DNA of 64,000 nt, taken from contig OX597816.1 in assembly GCA_951406725.2 (NCBI GenBank), forward strand, positions 38,998,001-39,062,000, written 5' to 3'. Under the pieces are notes generated by a model. That model searched no databases. It had not been told where the DNA came from and was given only the letters and a program-made list of their open reading frames with translations. This document shows, piece after piece, positions 39,809 to 53,863 of this stretch (its first letter is position 1; each line of letters begins with the position of its first letter). This DNA comes from Octopus vulgaris. Lineage: Eukaryota. A program made the position numbers and the translations under genes.

Positions 39809-41791
39809 AGCTCATAAATTAACTTATAAATAAATGTAAGAAGGTGGAGCAGCCATTAATTATTTGCTCTAAATACATTTATTTACAAATACTATATTCA
39901 GCACTTGAATACTACACTTGTGGTGTGTCTATAATTAAATTTCAAATGTATTTGCAAAGCTTATTGGAAAAGAAAAACAAAAACTGTAGCCAAATGTGTC
40001 ATGAGCTACATTGCCTGGCTTACATAAACAGTTATGTTGTATAGATATTTGAGAAAACAATATATTCCGTGACTTGATGTAAGTAAAAAAATATTTCCTT
40101 TTATTTGTACTAGATATGTTGGCAAATAGCGCAGTTTTAGATTTAAGAAAAGATATGTTATTTGCAGAATCATCCTGACCTTTTAACAAAACTTACTACC
40201 TTCTTCCCTAAGCAGTAATATAAGTGGACACATATTTCTATCATTAGTACTTGATTTAGTGATGCTATTGTTGTTTAACCCCTGGTTAGCCCTGATGGTC
40301 TTGGCATGTGATCAAAGACATTCTAGAAATAACCAGCCTACTCATGTTTTTCTTTTTTTTTTTTTACATGTAGTGTACTCAGACATTGTTAGCCAATGTA
40401 TCCTTCCATTTTCTTAAGTCTCATGAGAGACATTTAGCTATTATTTTTAGTAGGTTGACTGGCCATGTAAAGAACCCCCCACATTGTCTTAGTTTAATGG
40501 TGTGGAAGTTCTTGCTGAGAAAATAAATATACTTCTACAGGGATTGCTATTGTCATTAGTTATGATAGACCACTATGGTTCTTACAATCTCTCTTAAAAT
40601 CCAACTGTGCCTGTATAGTTAAAAATGTTTACTTTCTAACCGAATGACTTTGGGTTCAATCCCAATCCATTACTTCTTGGTGCCAAGTATCTTATTACTA
40701 AAGCATTTTAATATATATGACTTGGAGTTTAATAAGTAATTGTTTATGGGAATGAAATTTAAATGGGCTGATTAATCCTTAAGCATTTAATCCAGCCATA
40801 TCTGGCCTAAATATTCTACCTGCCTTATGTTAAAACTAATCAAGTCCAACTTCTCACACATACCCTACAGTGTCATTCTAAAAACATACAAACATACCAT
40901 TGAAATCTTGAAGATATGAGATAATGCATGATGAATTCAAAACAATGTGAATAAATAGGTGCAGGTATGGTTGTGTGGTAAGAAGTGTCTTCTACTTTAG
41001 CCTTAGGCTGACCAAAGCCTTGTGAGTAGATTTGGTTGACAGAAACTGAAAGTAGCCCATTGTATATCTCTTTTACGCTTTTACTTGTTTCAGTCATTTG
41101 ACTGCGGCCAATCTGGAGCACTGCCTTTAGTCGAGTAAATCGACCCCAGGACTTATTCTTTGTAAGCCTAGTACTTTTTATATCGGGTCCATTTTGCCGA
41201 ACCTCTAAGTTACGGGGACGTAAACACACCAGCATCGGTTGTCAAGCGATGTTGGGGCGACAAACACAGACACACAAATACACACACACATACACATATT
41301 TACATATATACAACGGGATTCTTTCAGTTTCCGTCTACCAAATCCACTCACAAGGCTTTGGTCGGTCCAAGGCTATAGTAGAAGACACTTGCGCAAGGCG
41401 CCACGCAGTGGGACTGAACCCGGAACCATGTGGTTGGTAAGCAAGCTACTTACCACACAGCCACTCCTACACCTATGTGTGTGTGTGTGTGTGTTTGTTC
41501 CCCACCATCGCTTCACAATCGATGCTGGTGTGTTTGTGTCCCTCTGGTTCAGCAAAAGGGACCCATAGAATAAGCACCAGGCTTACAAAGTATAAGTCCT
41601 GGAGTCGATTTCTTTGATGAAAACCCTTTAAGGTAGTCCTCCAGAATGGCCACGGTCAAGTGACTGAGACATATAAAAGAATGAAATAAGTAATACATTT
41701 GACAAAACTAAAATATTAATTAGCTTATTTGTATCTTTTTGCAAAAAAAAAAAAATCTGATTAACAAGCTTTTATCCTCTTTGCTTTGCAG

Positions 41792-41926
41792 CATGGTGGC
41801 GGACATGGAGGATATGACATGAATGTGATGCCTGCATGGCAGATGGGATATACTGGTAAAGGAATTGTGATTTCTATATTGGATGATGGTATTGAAAAGG
41901 ATCACCCAGACCTGAAAAAAAATTAT
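41792..41926 (+). CDS. FURIN: Furin-like convertase exon with catalytic Asp (phase 0/0)
   Basis: ttgcag acceptor, gtaaga donor; 135 nt = HGGGHGGYDMNVMPAWQMGYTGKGIVISILDDGIEKDHPDLKKNY (kexin-family ILDDG motif). Confidence 0.97.
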
Positions 41927-42573
41927 GTAAGAAATTGACTTTATCATAACCATTTTAATACTAACCCATCTGATATCACTCTTGAGCTGATGATACAAAT
42001 TTCCTGTCCTTAAAATATTTTAAATTAAAATCGTTCATCAAAACTTCATGTTATTTCCCAAATGCCCAGCTTAACAATGATGGAGTTAAATTCTTCATTA
42101 TTTTAAGAATTAAGTCAGAAGCCTCTCCAACCCATCATGTGTATTATTTTGTATGTATTACCTTCGAAACACGGAGTAGATGAAACAAGGACAACGGAAG
42201 AAGGGATATATTCTGTATATTGTACGTTATTCGAAAAAAAGTTTGTTTCTTTGTTTTTGTTTTTATGTTTTCGTTTCTCATTGTGTTCAACGTTTTTTTG
42301 ATGTCCTGTATCCATATATGCGTGTATATATACATATATCATCATCATCATCATCATCGTTTAACGTCCGTTTTCCGCGCTAGCACGGGTTGGACGGTTT
42401 GACCGGGGTCTGGGAAGCCAGGGGCCGCTCCAGGCTCCAGTCTGATTTGGCAGAGTTTCTACGGCTGGATGCCCTTCCTAACGCCAACCACTCCGTGAGT
42501 GGATTGGGTGCTTTTACGTGCCACCTGCACAGGGGCCGGGGAGTCCGGCATTGGTCGCGATCGGTTCGAGCTT

Positions 42574-45500
42574 TTAACGTGCCAGCGGCACGGGGGCAAC
42601 TGGGTCCGGGGTACTTTGGGGATCCGGGGTACTTTGGGGATCTGGGGTACTTTGGGGATCCGGGGTACTTTGAATGGGTAGGGGGTATGTGGAATTGCTG
42701 CAGAAAGCAGCCCGGGTCTTTGCAGTCACAGCATATCTCCAGAGATCTCGGTCTTTCGCCATTGCCTCAGTGAGGCCCAATGCTCTGAGGTCATGCTTGA
42801 CTACCTCATCCCATGTCTTCCTGGGTCTACCTCTCCCCCTGATACCTTCAACTGTTTGGGAGTGGCACTTCTTCACACATCTCTCTTCATCCATCCGCAG
42901 CACATGACCATACCATCGCAAGCGTCGCTCTTGCACACCACATCTGATGCTTCTTATATCCAGCATTTCTCTTAGGATGCTTACACTCTGTCTTGCGTGC
43001 ACACTGACACTACACATCCAGCGGATCATGCTAGCTTCATTTCTTTCAAGTCTACGCATGTCCTCTGCAGTCACTGCCCATGTTTCATTACCGTGAAGCA
43101 TGGCAGTTCGCACACATGTATCATACAATCTACCTTTCGCTCTGAGGGAGAGACCTTTTGCTGCCAGTAGGGGTAGGAGCTTTCTGAACTTTGCCCAGGC
43201 TATTCGTATTCTAGTGGTGATACTCTCTGTGCATCCACCTCCGCTACTAACTTGGTCACCCAGGTAGCGGAAACTATCAACTACTTCTAGTTTCTCTCCC
43301 TGGAGTGTGATGGAATCTGTTTTCTGAGTGTCTGTTGTGTCTATTGTCCCTGTGCATCTGCCGCACATGAAAGCTATCTTATCTGTTAATTTCCCTTTAA
43401 TGTTGCTGCACCTCTTATGTGTCCATAACTTACATTGGGTGCATCTTATGGAGTTTCTACCTGTACCTTTCCTACAGATTGAGCAGGGCCACCTACCCGA
43501 GGGGGTGTGTGCTGAGTACCTCTTGCTGCTTACTAATACTTTGGTCTTTGCTACATTTATTCTAAGGCCCTTTGATTCCAACCCTTGCTTCCACACCCGA
43601 AATTTCTCTTCTAGTTCCGGTAGTGATTCTGCTATGAGAGCTAGGTCATCGGCATAGAGGAGCTCCCAGGGGCATCCCGTTTTGAATTCCTCTGTTATTG
43701 CCTGAAGGACTATGATGAATAAAAGGGGACTGAGGGCTGAGCCCTGGTGCACACCTACTTCTACCCGGAATTCTTCACTATATTCATTGCCAATCCTAAC
43801 CTTGCTGACAGCCTCTCTGTATAGAGCCTGTACAGCCCTTATTAGCCATTCTTCAATCTCCAGTTTCCGCATCGACCACCAGATAAGGGAACGGGGAACC
43901 CTGTCAAAGGCTTTCTCCAAGTCTACAAAAGCTATGTAGAGGGGTTTATCTTTAGCTAGGTACTTCTCCTGCAGTTGTCGGACCAGGAATATAGCATCAG
44001 TGGTGCTTCTACCTGGTACAAAACCGAACTGCATTTCATCTAAACAAATTCTCTCCCTAATGAGATGGGTTATGACCTTCTCTGAGACCTTCATCACCTG
44101 GTCCAACAGTTTGATACCTCTGTAGTTATTTCTATCTAGAGCATCACCCTTACCCTTGTAGCAGTTGACTATGGTGCTGCTGCACCAGTCATTGGGTATG
44201 ACTCCATTGTGAACTACCTGGTTTACAATGCGGGTGACTATGGTATAGCCCACATAGCCAGCTGTTTTAAGCATGTCAGCAGTGATTCCTGATAGGCCAG
44301 GGGCTTTGCCTGGTTTCATATCCTTAATTGCCTTATCTACAAGGGAGCTGTCTATTCAGGTAGCTGGTCCCTCTACTGGGTCAACATTTGGCAGGCTCTC
44401 CTCCTCCCATTCATTCTCCTCATTCAGCAGTCTTTCATAATGGCTTCTCCAAGCCTCTTTCTTTTCACTAGCAGTAAATGCAAGTGCCCCATCATCCATG
44501 CGGACACATTTCTCTCCTATAACATCACTATTTTCTCTGACACACTGTCTGGCAATCCGAAATACTTCAGCTCTTTGATCCTCGCGTCGCTGGACATTGG
44601 CAAACTTCTTCTTTTCTGCTACGTCTTTGGCTATGTATACCTGCCGCCCAGCCTCCCTTTTGGCTATCTGGTACAGTTCCCTGCTGCCCCCATCCTTCCA
44701 GGCTTTCCAGGCCCGTCTCTTTTTAGAGATGGCTTTATCTACTGCACTATTCCACCACCACGTAATTCTAGGTCTGGAAGGGACTTTGCACCATCCACAG
44801 ACTCAGTCTGTGGCACTCAGCAAGCTGTCCCGTAGGAATTCCCAGCTACCTTCTATGTCTGACGTCTGAAGCTCCTCCTCCCTCTCATCAAATTTCTTGA
44901 TGAGTATGTCCCTAAATTTCTGACCATGTGAAGGGTTCTTTAGCCTCCAAATCCTTCTTTTCTGGATTGGTTTGTTTCTTGGAGTCCTTCTGGCCTCAAG
45001 CTTAAAGTCACTGATGATTAGTCTATGCTGAGGAATACATTCTTCACCCGGGAGGGTCTTTGTATTCAAGAGCAACCCTGCATCCCGCTGTCTGGTGAGG
45101 ATGAAGTCTATTTGGCTAGCGGAGTCTCCTGACTGATAGGTTATAAGGTGGCAGACTGGCTTCTTGAAGTTAGTGTTGCAGATTGAAAGGTTACATGCAT
45201 CACAGAATTCCAGCAGTCTAGTTCCCTCATCATTTCTGGTGCCAATACCATAGCCACCATGTACCCCAGTGAAGATACCCGATTCCCGCCCAACATGCCC
45301 ATTAAAGTCTCCACCTACAAAGATGAGGTCCTTGCTACTAGTCTTTGAAGTAGCCTGCAGAAGGTTATCATAAAAGTTGTCCTTCTGATCATTTGGTAGT
45401 CCCGCTTGTGGGGCATAGGCGGAGATAATCATAGCTGTGCCACTCTGTAGGACCAACCTGAGCTTAAGCACTCTATCGCAAACCCTGACAACCTCTATGA

Positions 45501-45883
45501 CCTCATCCACCCATTTCTCCGCAAGGAGAATGCCTACACCCCCTACACCTTCCACGTTACCTTGCCAGAAGAGTTTGTACCTAAGTGCCTTGCCCGTGAG
45601 GACCCTAGCCGAAGCACCTCTCCATCTTACCTCTTGTATGCAGCATACATCAACCTGTCTTCTCTCTAGCATCTCTACAATCTCACTAGACTTGCCTGTC
45701 AATGTACCAACATTGATAGTGCCAACTCTGAAAACTGGGAAGGAGATGTGGGGGGAGGGGGGAATTCAGCGCCTGAGAAGAGGAGGGTTGTTGTGGTGGT
45801 GATAGTTTTCGTAGCATTTTTCTTTTGATCTCTCTTCCGACCTGTCCACGCCGTGGACAGGAGCTGGTGTTAGCAGTGGACAT
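42574..45883 (-). pseudogene. RTE APE-RT ORF (~1100 aa) with three apparent lesions
   Basis: Track ORFs 44803-45702 and 42574-44319 are in the same frame. My translation of the gap shows only TGA at 44803-44805 and 44356-44358. ATG 45883 would join by a 1-nt indel in the G/C run at 45750-45762 (inferred). Confidence 0.88.
42602..42672. repeat. 18-bp minisatellite x4 at the RTE ORF end, encoding (QSTPDP)4
   Basis: Unit ggatccggggtactttgg. Confidence 0.92.
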
Positions 45884-46109
45884 TCGTTATCGTCACTGAG
45901 TAACGTAATTAGGTAGCGTAGTAAGGAGGAAAAATACAGATATTCTAGAGTTGAGTTGGGGGGAGTCCAGCTGAGAAAGGTTTTACCAGTGAAAAGAGGG
46001 GGAGAGATAGTAGAGGGGGTGCGGTCAATATAGGGGAGCACCAGTGGGGAAGGTTGGGGTAAGGAGGAACGATGGCAGGAAGGGTTGGTGTAGGTTATAT
46101 GCATATATT

Positions 46110-46173
<64 letters not shown>

Positions 46174-46916
46174 GCACACTTGCAAATATATGTATATGAC
46201 AGGTGGTTGGATGAGCTTCTTTGAGTTTTTGTCTACCAAATCCACTTACAAGGCTTTGGTCTTCCTAAGGTAATAGTTGTAATTTGCAGTGGGACTGAAC
46301 CCAGAACCATAGGATTGGGAAGTAAGCTTCTTACCACACAGCCTATACCTGTGCCTTTACCATCAAAAAGAAAAAAATCTTTAAAACAATTGACTCATAT
46401 TTCACTACCACTGGCATATAAACATCAATACATTCTATGACTGTGGGCCAATGACGGAACCTTCACATGGTTACTCAATCTGTAGTATTGCTACCTTTGG
46501 TGCCAGGAAAAAATTACTTGAAATTTTAGAGTGACTGATACCATCATTGATAAAAACTTTTGCACATCAGGGTTACAAGATCAAATCTAAAGAATGCTTG
46601 CCTCTCTCTTCTAACTGTACAAATTGAGTTATCTTGGAAATAATGGAAATGTCTCAGCCACTTTTGCACTGACAAGTCAGACTATTAGAGTCTGATGCAA
46701 ATATAGAATAGAAGAACTAAAAAAAAAGAATAAAAACAATATTAAGAACCAGTGTTGTCTATTATTACTATAGTATTACAGCATTGATCCTGTAACATGA
46801 AGGAAAGCTGCCAGATGTGAGAAAAATAATGAAAGTGTTTGTGTTAAGTTTATTGAATAACTGATAAAATAGTTAATAGCTTACACCTTTAAAACAACAA
46901 TAACGATTGCAGTGTG

Positions 46917-46968
<52 letters not shown>

Positions 46969-48349
46969 CACACACACACATGCATATATACATATATTTT
47001 TATCTTTTACTGGTTTCAGTCATTAGACTGCGGTCATACTGGAGCACTGCCTTAGAGGTTTTAGGTGGACAAATTGACCCTAGTACTTTTTTTTTTACAT
47101 GTCTGGAACTTAATCTATCGGTCTCTTTTTGCTGAACCAAGCTACAGGGATAGAAACAAACCAACACCAGTTGTCAAGCAGCAGTGCAGGACAAACATAA
47201 AGACACACACACGTACATGATTGGCTTCTTTCAGTTTCCATCTACCAAATCTACTCACAGGACTTTTGTTATCCTGGAGTTATTGTGGAAGACACTTGTC
47301 CAAGGTGCCATACAATAAAACTGAACCCAGAATCACGTGGCTGAAGCAAATTTCTTACCACACAGCATAATCATAATCAAATTCGATGACTGGCATCCAT
47401 GCTAGTGAAGCACTAAGAGTACCATACAAACATAATCATTACCAGAGCAACAAGCTGGCCTCCATGCCAATGGCACCTAGAAAAGCACCATTCGAGCGTG
47501 ATCGTTACCTACGTCGTCTGACTGGCACTTGTGTTGGTGCCACGTGAAAAAAACATTCGAACAAGGTCGTTGCCAGTGCTGCTGGACTGGCTCCTGTGCA
47601 GGTGGCACATAATAAGCACCATTGAGCGTGGCCACTGCCAGTACTGCCTAACTGGTCCTCAAGCCGGTGACACATAAAAGCACCCACTACACTCTCAGAG
47701 TGGTTAGTGTTAGGAAGGGCATCCGGCCATAGAAACTCTGCCAGATCAGATTGGAGTCTGGTGCAGCCATCTGGTTCGCCAGACCTCAGTCAAATTGTCC
47801 AACCCATGCTAGCATGGAAAGCGGACGTTAAACTATGATGATGATGATTTTCCATAGCTCAGATGGAATCTGTTGGGGCAGAACCTTTTATAGCTGGATT
47901 TTCTTCCTATCACTAACCCTCACCTGTTTCCAATGAAGATTATATATATATATATATGTTCTTTTATTCTTTTACTTGTTTCAGTCATTTGACTGTGGCC
48001 ATACTTGAGCACTGCCTTGAAGGGTTTTAGCCAAACAAATAAACACCAGGACTTTTTTTTTTAAGCCTAGTACTTAGGCTATTGGTCTCTTTTGCTGAAC
48101 TTCTAAGTTACGGGAATGTAAACACAGCAACACCTGTTGTCAAGTGGTGGGAGGACAGACACAAAGACTATTAGTGGAAGATACTTACCCAAGGTGCAAC
48201 GCAGTGGGACTGAACCCAGTACCATGTGATTGAGAAGCAAGCTTCTTACTACACAGCCACATTTGCACATCCACACATACACACACATAATATACGTATG
48301 TGTGTGAACTTACACCTACAAAATTTTACTTTTCCCTTAATTTTATTAA

Positions 48350-48559
48350 CCCTTTCATTACTGTATTTATTTTGAGATGCTCTGTGTTTCTTTCAATTAC
48401 TTTAAATATGATAAAGAATTTAGTAAAATAATTTAATTATCATTCAGCTAGTGTTAGGAGCATAAATTGTGACTGAGGTTTGGTGGAAGATTTTAATTCA
48501 AAACTTATGAAAACAAGACATTTGTACTACAGAGCCAGAGCCAGTTGGTAACGAAAGGG
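48350..48559 (-). mobile_element. piggyBac-type MITE (copy of 7983-8202)
   Basis: TTAA flanks, ccctttc(a/g)ttac TIRs, internal homology to the first copy. Confidence 0.85.
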
Positions 48560-48785
48560 TTAAAAGTAGCTGATGCATATTTTCAGTAACTCACATATCA
48601 TACCAGCCAAATTCTTCCGCCAGTCTGTTGCCTGTTATTTTTTTTAACCCTTTAGCATTTAAACCAGCTATATTCAGCCCAAATATGCTATCTGTTTTAT
48701 GTGCTAACCAGCCAGATCCAGCCTATCACACCTACCCTTCAGTGCCACTGATTTGCTGACCGAAAATTCTAAAATTTTTCAATTC

Positions 48786-49500
48786 TATTTCACTGTTATC
48801 AGCATTTGCTGTTTCATTAAATTATGTTACCAAAAATCCCAAAGGAACATTTTCTCCCTCGTGTTCTATCCCTGACCACCCTAACTCTGGGCCCCCTCTC
48901 TCTCTGTCTCTGTTTCAATTACCACTTGCTTCACCAACACTTCTCCCTCCTCCACCACCCCACCCTATATAAACTAGTGCACACGCTCGGATTCCCCTAC
49001 TCCATTTTAATAACTCTGCGGAAAGAATACAAATCCAGAAGATGTTCAGATAAGAAATTTTGTGTTTTTTCAACTTCATACATCTCCTCCTCTATTTCTG
49101 CGCAGATCATAAACCCCTTATTAGTCCTTTTCATTATTCTAACTATTTCCATGTAAACATAATTTAAACATAGTTTCGTCTTCCTCTCTGTTGTCTTAAA
49201 ACAAGCTTAAGTTCCTTCACGTGCATTTACTATTCGTCACCTATTCATTTATTCAGGTTTGTAACATAGTCACTTATTTCTCTATTATCAGCATTTGCTG
49301 TTTCATTAAATTATGTTACCAAAAATCCCCAAAAGAACATTTTCTCTCTCGTGTTCTATCTCTGACCACCCTAACTCTGGTCCCTCTCTCTCTGTTTTGA
49401 TTACCACTTGCTTCACCAACATTTCTCCCTCCTCCACCACCCCACCCTATATAAACTAGTGCACGCACTCAGATTCCCCTACTCCATTTTAATAACCCTG
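48786..49500. repeat. ~230-bp direct repeats (48786-49018, 49275-49500) around a unique core
   Basis: Highly similar copies, each containing cctatataaa. Confidence 0.88.
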
Positions 49501-50825
49501 ACCACTAAGCCGCATGTGATAGTTGTAAATAAATGTCATCATCATACAAGCAGTGTCCTTCACATTCACTCTTCTGTAAAAACATGTCTGATCATGGGGA
49601 ATATTACCTTACTTGGAAACAGGTACAGGTTGATGACAGGAAGGGCATCCAGCTGGAGAAAAATCTGTCTCAACAAATTCCATCTGACTGATACAAGCAT
49701 TGGAAAATGGATGTTAATCAATGATGATGTAAACAAAGTTTGTACTCAAGCAAGTTTCCGAGCACATCCACAGCAGAAAATTAGAGGGTACATTGCTCCT
49801 AAGGTGGGATAAATAGTCCCAGAGTATATGATAAAAAAATGAGTCCAGTTATTCTTCCATTTTTCAAACTGATCTGCAGGCAATCATATTGACAGCGGAG
49901 TAAGTCATGTTCCTCTTAAATATTTCTTTCAAGTTTTGGTGCCAGGCCAGCAATTTTAGGGAAGTGGGTAAGTCAATTGGATTGACCCCAGTTTTCAGCT
50001 AGTACAACCCCGAAAGGATGGAAGATAAAGTCATCCTTGGTGGAATTTAAATTCAGGAAGTAAAAGGCAGACAAAATACCACCAGAATTTTGCCTGGTGT
50101 GCTAACAGTTCTACTAGATTACACCTTAGAAAATAAATAATGTACCTCCAGAAATCAAACCCAAGACCTTACAATCATGAGCTGAGTACCCTAGCCACTT
50201 AGCTGTGTGTCTTCGTGTTCCTCTTAAATATTAGTACTATATACGCCAGTGTATAAGACATGCTTTTTTCATTCTTAAAGATGATGGAAAATTGCCATCC
50301 ATCTAATGCAACCATATTATGGATGGGATAGCAAATGTACAGATGAAACAGATTTAATTTGTTTTTCTGCAAAATATACTTTAAAGTTAGGGTGTATTTT
50401 ATGTAAGAGTGTGTCTAATATGCTGGCAAATACAGTAAATGGGGTAATTTCACTCCATCAACATAACAAATAAGTGTTGCCATATAATGAGTTTTCTCAT
50501 GACCATAGAATGTTTACTTTATATTTACATCTGTTCCATTTCAAAACTATTATCCAACTTAACATAGATGTCTTATTAGAACACTGTGTTATTAGCCTTG
50601 AGAGATTCTCTTATACAGGCATTTGGTGCATAAAGGCACACTTAGAAATTGTAGCTGATTGGAATTGTCTGTTATGGGCAACAGAACTCTTGTATCACAA
50701 AATTTCAGTCTACTGGACCTCATCAGTGAGAGTCATCTAGTGACTGCTTACCAGGCAAATCTTACTCTCATGATGTATAGAATATCAACATCTTTTCAGT
50801 AGGCTTGTTAAAAGTTAACGACCTG

Positions 50826-51238
50826 CTGTGCTTACCTTGGATCGTAGGGTGACCTGCTGTGCTTGAGGAGACCTATTGAGTCAAGTACATCAACATCAAA
50901 ATGAATATCAAATGGAAATTGTAGTTGTGTTACCTGTGCCGGTGGCACGTAAAAAAACACCATCCGAACGTGGCCGATGCCAGGGCCACCTTGACTGGCT
51001 TCCATGCTGGTGGCACGTAAAAGGCACCAACCGATCATGGTTGCTGCCAGCCTCCCCTGGCACGTAAAAAGCACCCACTACACTCACGGAGTGGTTAGCG
51101 TTAGGAAGGGCATCCAGCTGTAGAAACACTGCCAGATCAGACTGGAGCCTGGTGCAGCCTCCTCGCCTCCCAGACCCCAGTCGAACCGTCCAACCCATGC
51201 TAGCATGGAAAACGGACGTTAAACGATGATGATGATGA
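50826..51238 (+). mobile_element. RTE 3'-UTR module (SINE-like) with (GAT)n tail
   Basis: ggtggcacgtaaaa units, ggaagggcatccagctgtagaaac, ggacgttaaacgatgatg. Similar copies at 110-330, 13372-13618, 18200-18560, 47390-47847, 60498-60886. Confidence 0.85.
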
Positions 51239-52826
51239 ACAACAGAAGCAGTATTAGTACCAAAATGTAATCTTTATAGTCTACTTAATGTGGATGTCTT
51301 GTTAAAACATTGAATACTTTTCTTGTGGAACTCAACAATTTTATTACACCAGCTTTCAGTACGAGAAAAGTATTCAGTATTCTTCAACTATCTTTACTTT
51401 AGCTTAAATAACTATTGATGTCATTACTGTTAAAACTTGACTTCTTTGATTTGCAACCCAATCTTTCTTCTCTTCCCGATCCATCCATCTCAGTTTGCGT
51501 ATATTAAGGGTGTACTTTGATTTCAGTGTTTGATGAAGCTGTTCCTTTTGTTTTTGCTAATCACATGCCACATTTTTTATTTGGAGCTGCTCCAAAATGT
51601 CTTTCAAACAGCTCTGTTGGTATTTTCCTTGCTAAATTGCCTTAATTGTAACTTATAAGTAATTATGTAGCCATGTTTTTCTTATGACTTTATTATGTTG
51701 AGATAATATCAACGATAGATTGTATGTGTCTCTCAGTTAAACAAATATTGTATTATATAAGTTAAACTATTTTAAGAAGAAGGTCTGTCTTACCACTGTT
51801 CAACCAAAGGTAGATTATTTCATCATTATCCTATTGTTATTTTAGTGTCTATTATTCCATGCTTGCATGGGTCAGATAATGTTTGTTTTGTTTTTTTTAT
51901 TGAGATGAATTTTTTACTGCTTGATGCCCTTCCTATTGCCCTCTCTTGTGTTCTAGCAAGGTAATATTTCCTCATGGCCAGGCATGTTTTCACAAAATAT
52001 TGGAGATAAATGACACTGCTCATATGACAGTGATGCTCATTTACAACAATGATGTGATGTCAAGACAAGGAGAAACAAATATACATACCCTCATATATAT
52101 ATATATATATATGATGGGTTTCCACATGGTTTCCACCTACCAAATCTACTGAGAAGGTTTTAGTCAGCCTACACTTGTCCAAGGTGCCACACAGTGGGAC
52201 TGAGCCTGAAACTATTAGTTCTATGGTGTCTACCTCAATGATCACTTGTTTCAAATTAACAAAATGCTCTGGAACTGGCACAGGACATCATGTTCAGTAT
52301 ATGTAAGAAACCACACTGGTTTGTTTACATGTATTGTCCAACATCTTCGCATAATTTTCATCCTGACTAGAGTTATTTTATATGATGTTAGTACTTTTGA
52401 CGTACATTGTTACCTTAAAAAATACTTGCTAATAATTCTAGGAAAACAGTTATTGTACGAGAGATGTTTGCAGTTCATTTTACAGACATTGCAGCATCCA
52501 AGCCATCTTTTACCAGAAATACAGACCCTGACACTGTTTATAAGATACAACCAAATGAACTGAAGAACTTTTTTTGAAAAAAGAAAAAAAAACAGTAAAT
52601 ATTGTGTATTTTACACACACACACATAGTATATGAAAGGGGCTGTATAAAATCCAAGTAGTTACCTCAGTAACCATTCGCACAACTACTGGCTAACAGGA
52701 TGTATGAAAGAGAGCAATGCTTCTGTAGAAGAAAATGTTCCACACAAACTGAAAATCCAGAAAATTTTCATCAACTGTAGAGTACACTACAACAAATGAA
52801 TAAAAGAATGGAGGGTATTAGTATTA

Positions 52827-53863
52827 CTGTAAAAACCCATGTAATTTATGCACTTTTTTTTTGTAAAAGTAAAAATAAACTTTAGAGGTGCATGAATTAC
52901 ATGAGTAGATCATTTCCAGAATTTCTTTTGAAATTTTTTTTTTCTTGAAAAAAGACGTAGAAAATGTAAACATTTATACCAGAAGTTGACTCATTTAATG
53001 TCAGAATAGGTTTTTACTGAAAAAAATAATCGCTTAAATACACATAATGAAGTTGACTTTTATTTATGCTGGATGGTATAATAATTTTTCTGTATAAATT
53101 TACTAAAATCACTAAATGGTTAACACAGTCCGGGCCATATTTTACATTGCTTGGAGTTTCTACCTATCGCAATGGAGCACATATTTAATTTTTCCTTCGC
53201 AGTTAATGATTCATAAGTTCTGCCCATACTAACAATAATGGTAATGACAAATTTTAAAGTTTGCTTGACATTTTATAAGTGTGAAAGGGATTAAAATTTT
53301 GATACTCTGTATCAGAGGTTCCACTAAGAATAGGCAGAAAAGAATTCTGTTTAAATAATCAGCTTGATCAGTTACCTTCCTCTGTTGGTTGAGTAAAGTG
53401 TCCTCCAAGCTGATGTTTATTGGTAATTAAACTTAATTTGCAACACCTGTGCATATTTATCAGCTTTGCTTTTGTTGGTAATTCTCATCAACTATTCCTG
53501 TGATTGTGATTTGAGAAGGCATACAGCAGTATGCTAAAGATCGGACATTAATCTCTTGTGGGCAAGAAATGTAATATAAAGTTTATTATAAACAATACAA
53601 ACACTTTGTAATTTAATAGTTTTCAATGTGATACTTATTAAACTGAAATTATTTTTATTTAATGAAAATTTAATAAAATCTAATCAGAAGTGAAATTATG
53701 CTAAATACAACTAAATTGAAAACCTTTTTCACCTAGCTATATTGGCAATTCTTAAAACTTTTAGGTGCGAATTTTACATAAGTAGCTTTTTTTTTAACAA
53801 ATTTTATCCTGAAAATCACCTGCATAAATTACACAGGTGTGCAAATTACATGGGTTTTTACGG
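52827..53863. mobile_element. Pogo/Tigger-like non-autonomous DNA transposon (~1.04 kb)
   Basis: TA flanks; TIRs ctgtaaaaacccatgtaattt / aaattacatgggtttttacgg. Confidence 0.8.

Larger units (their letters stand above)
42338..46095 (-). mobile_element. Near full-length RTE-clade LINE, antisense within a furin intron
   Basis: 5' UTR ~45885-46095, APE domain (GTINVG, IQEVRW, SAYAPQ, GGDFNGHVG, QIDFIL, QHRL), RT (AFVDLEKAFDRVP, GVHQGS, YADD), 3' UTR and (GAT)n tail at 42338-42357. Confidence 0.96.

Noticed and set aside
45766-46245. 159-aa ORF upstream of and in frame with the RTE ORF, as an ORF1 or readthrough leader
   Set aside because: It starts in a flanking SINE and crosses microsatellites. 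ATG 45883 plus a homopolymer indel is the simpler N-terminus.
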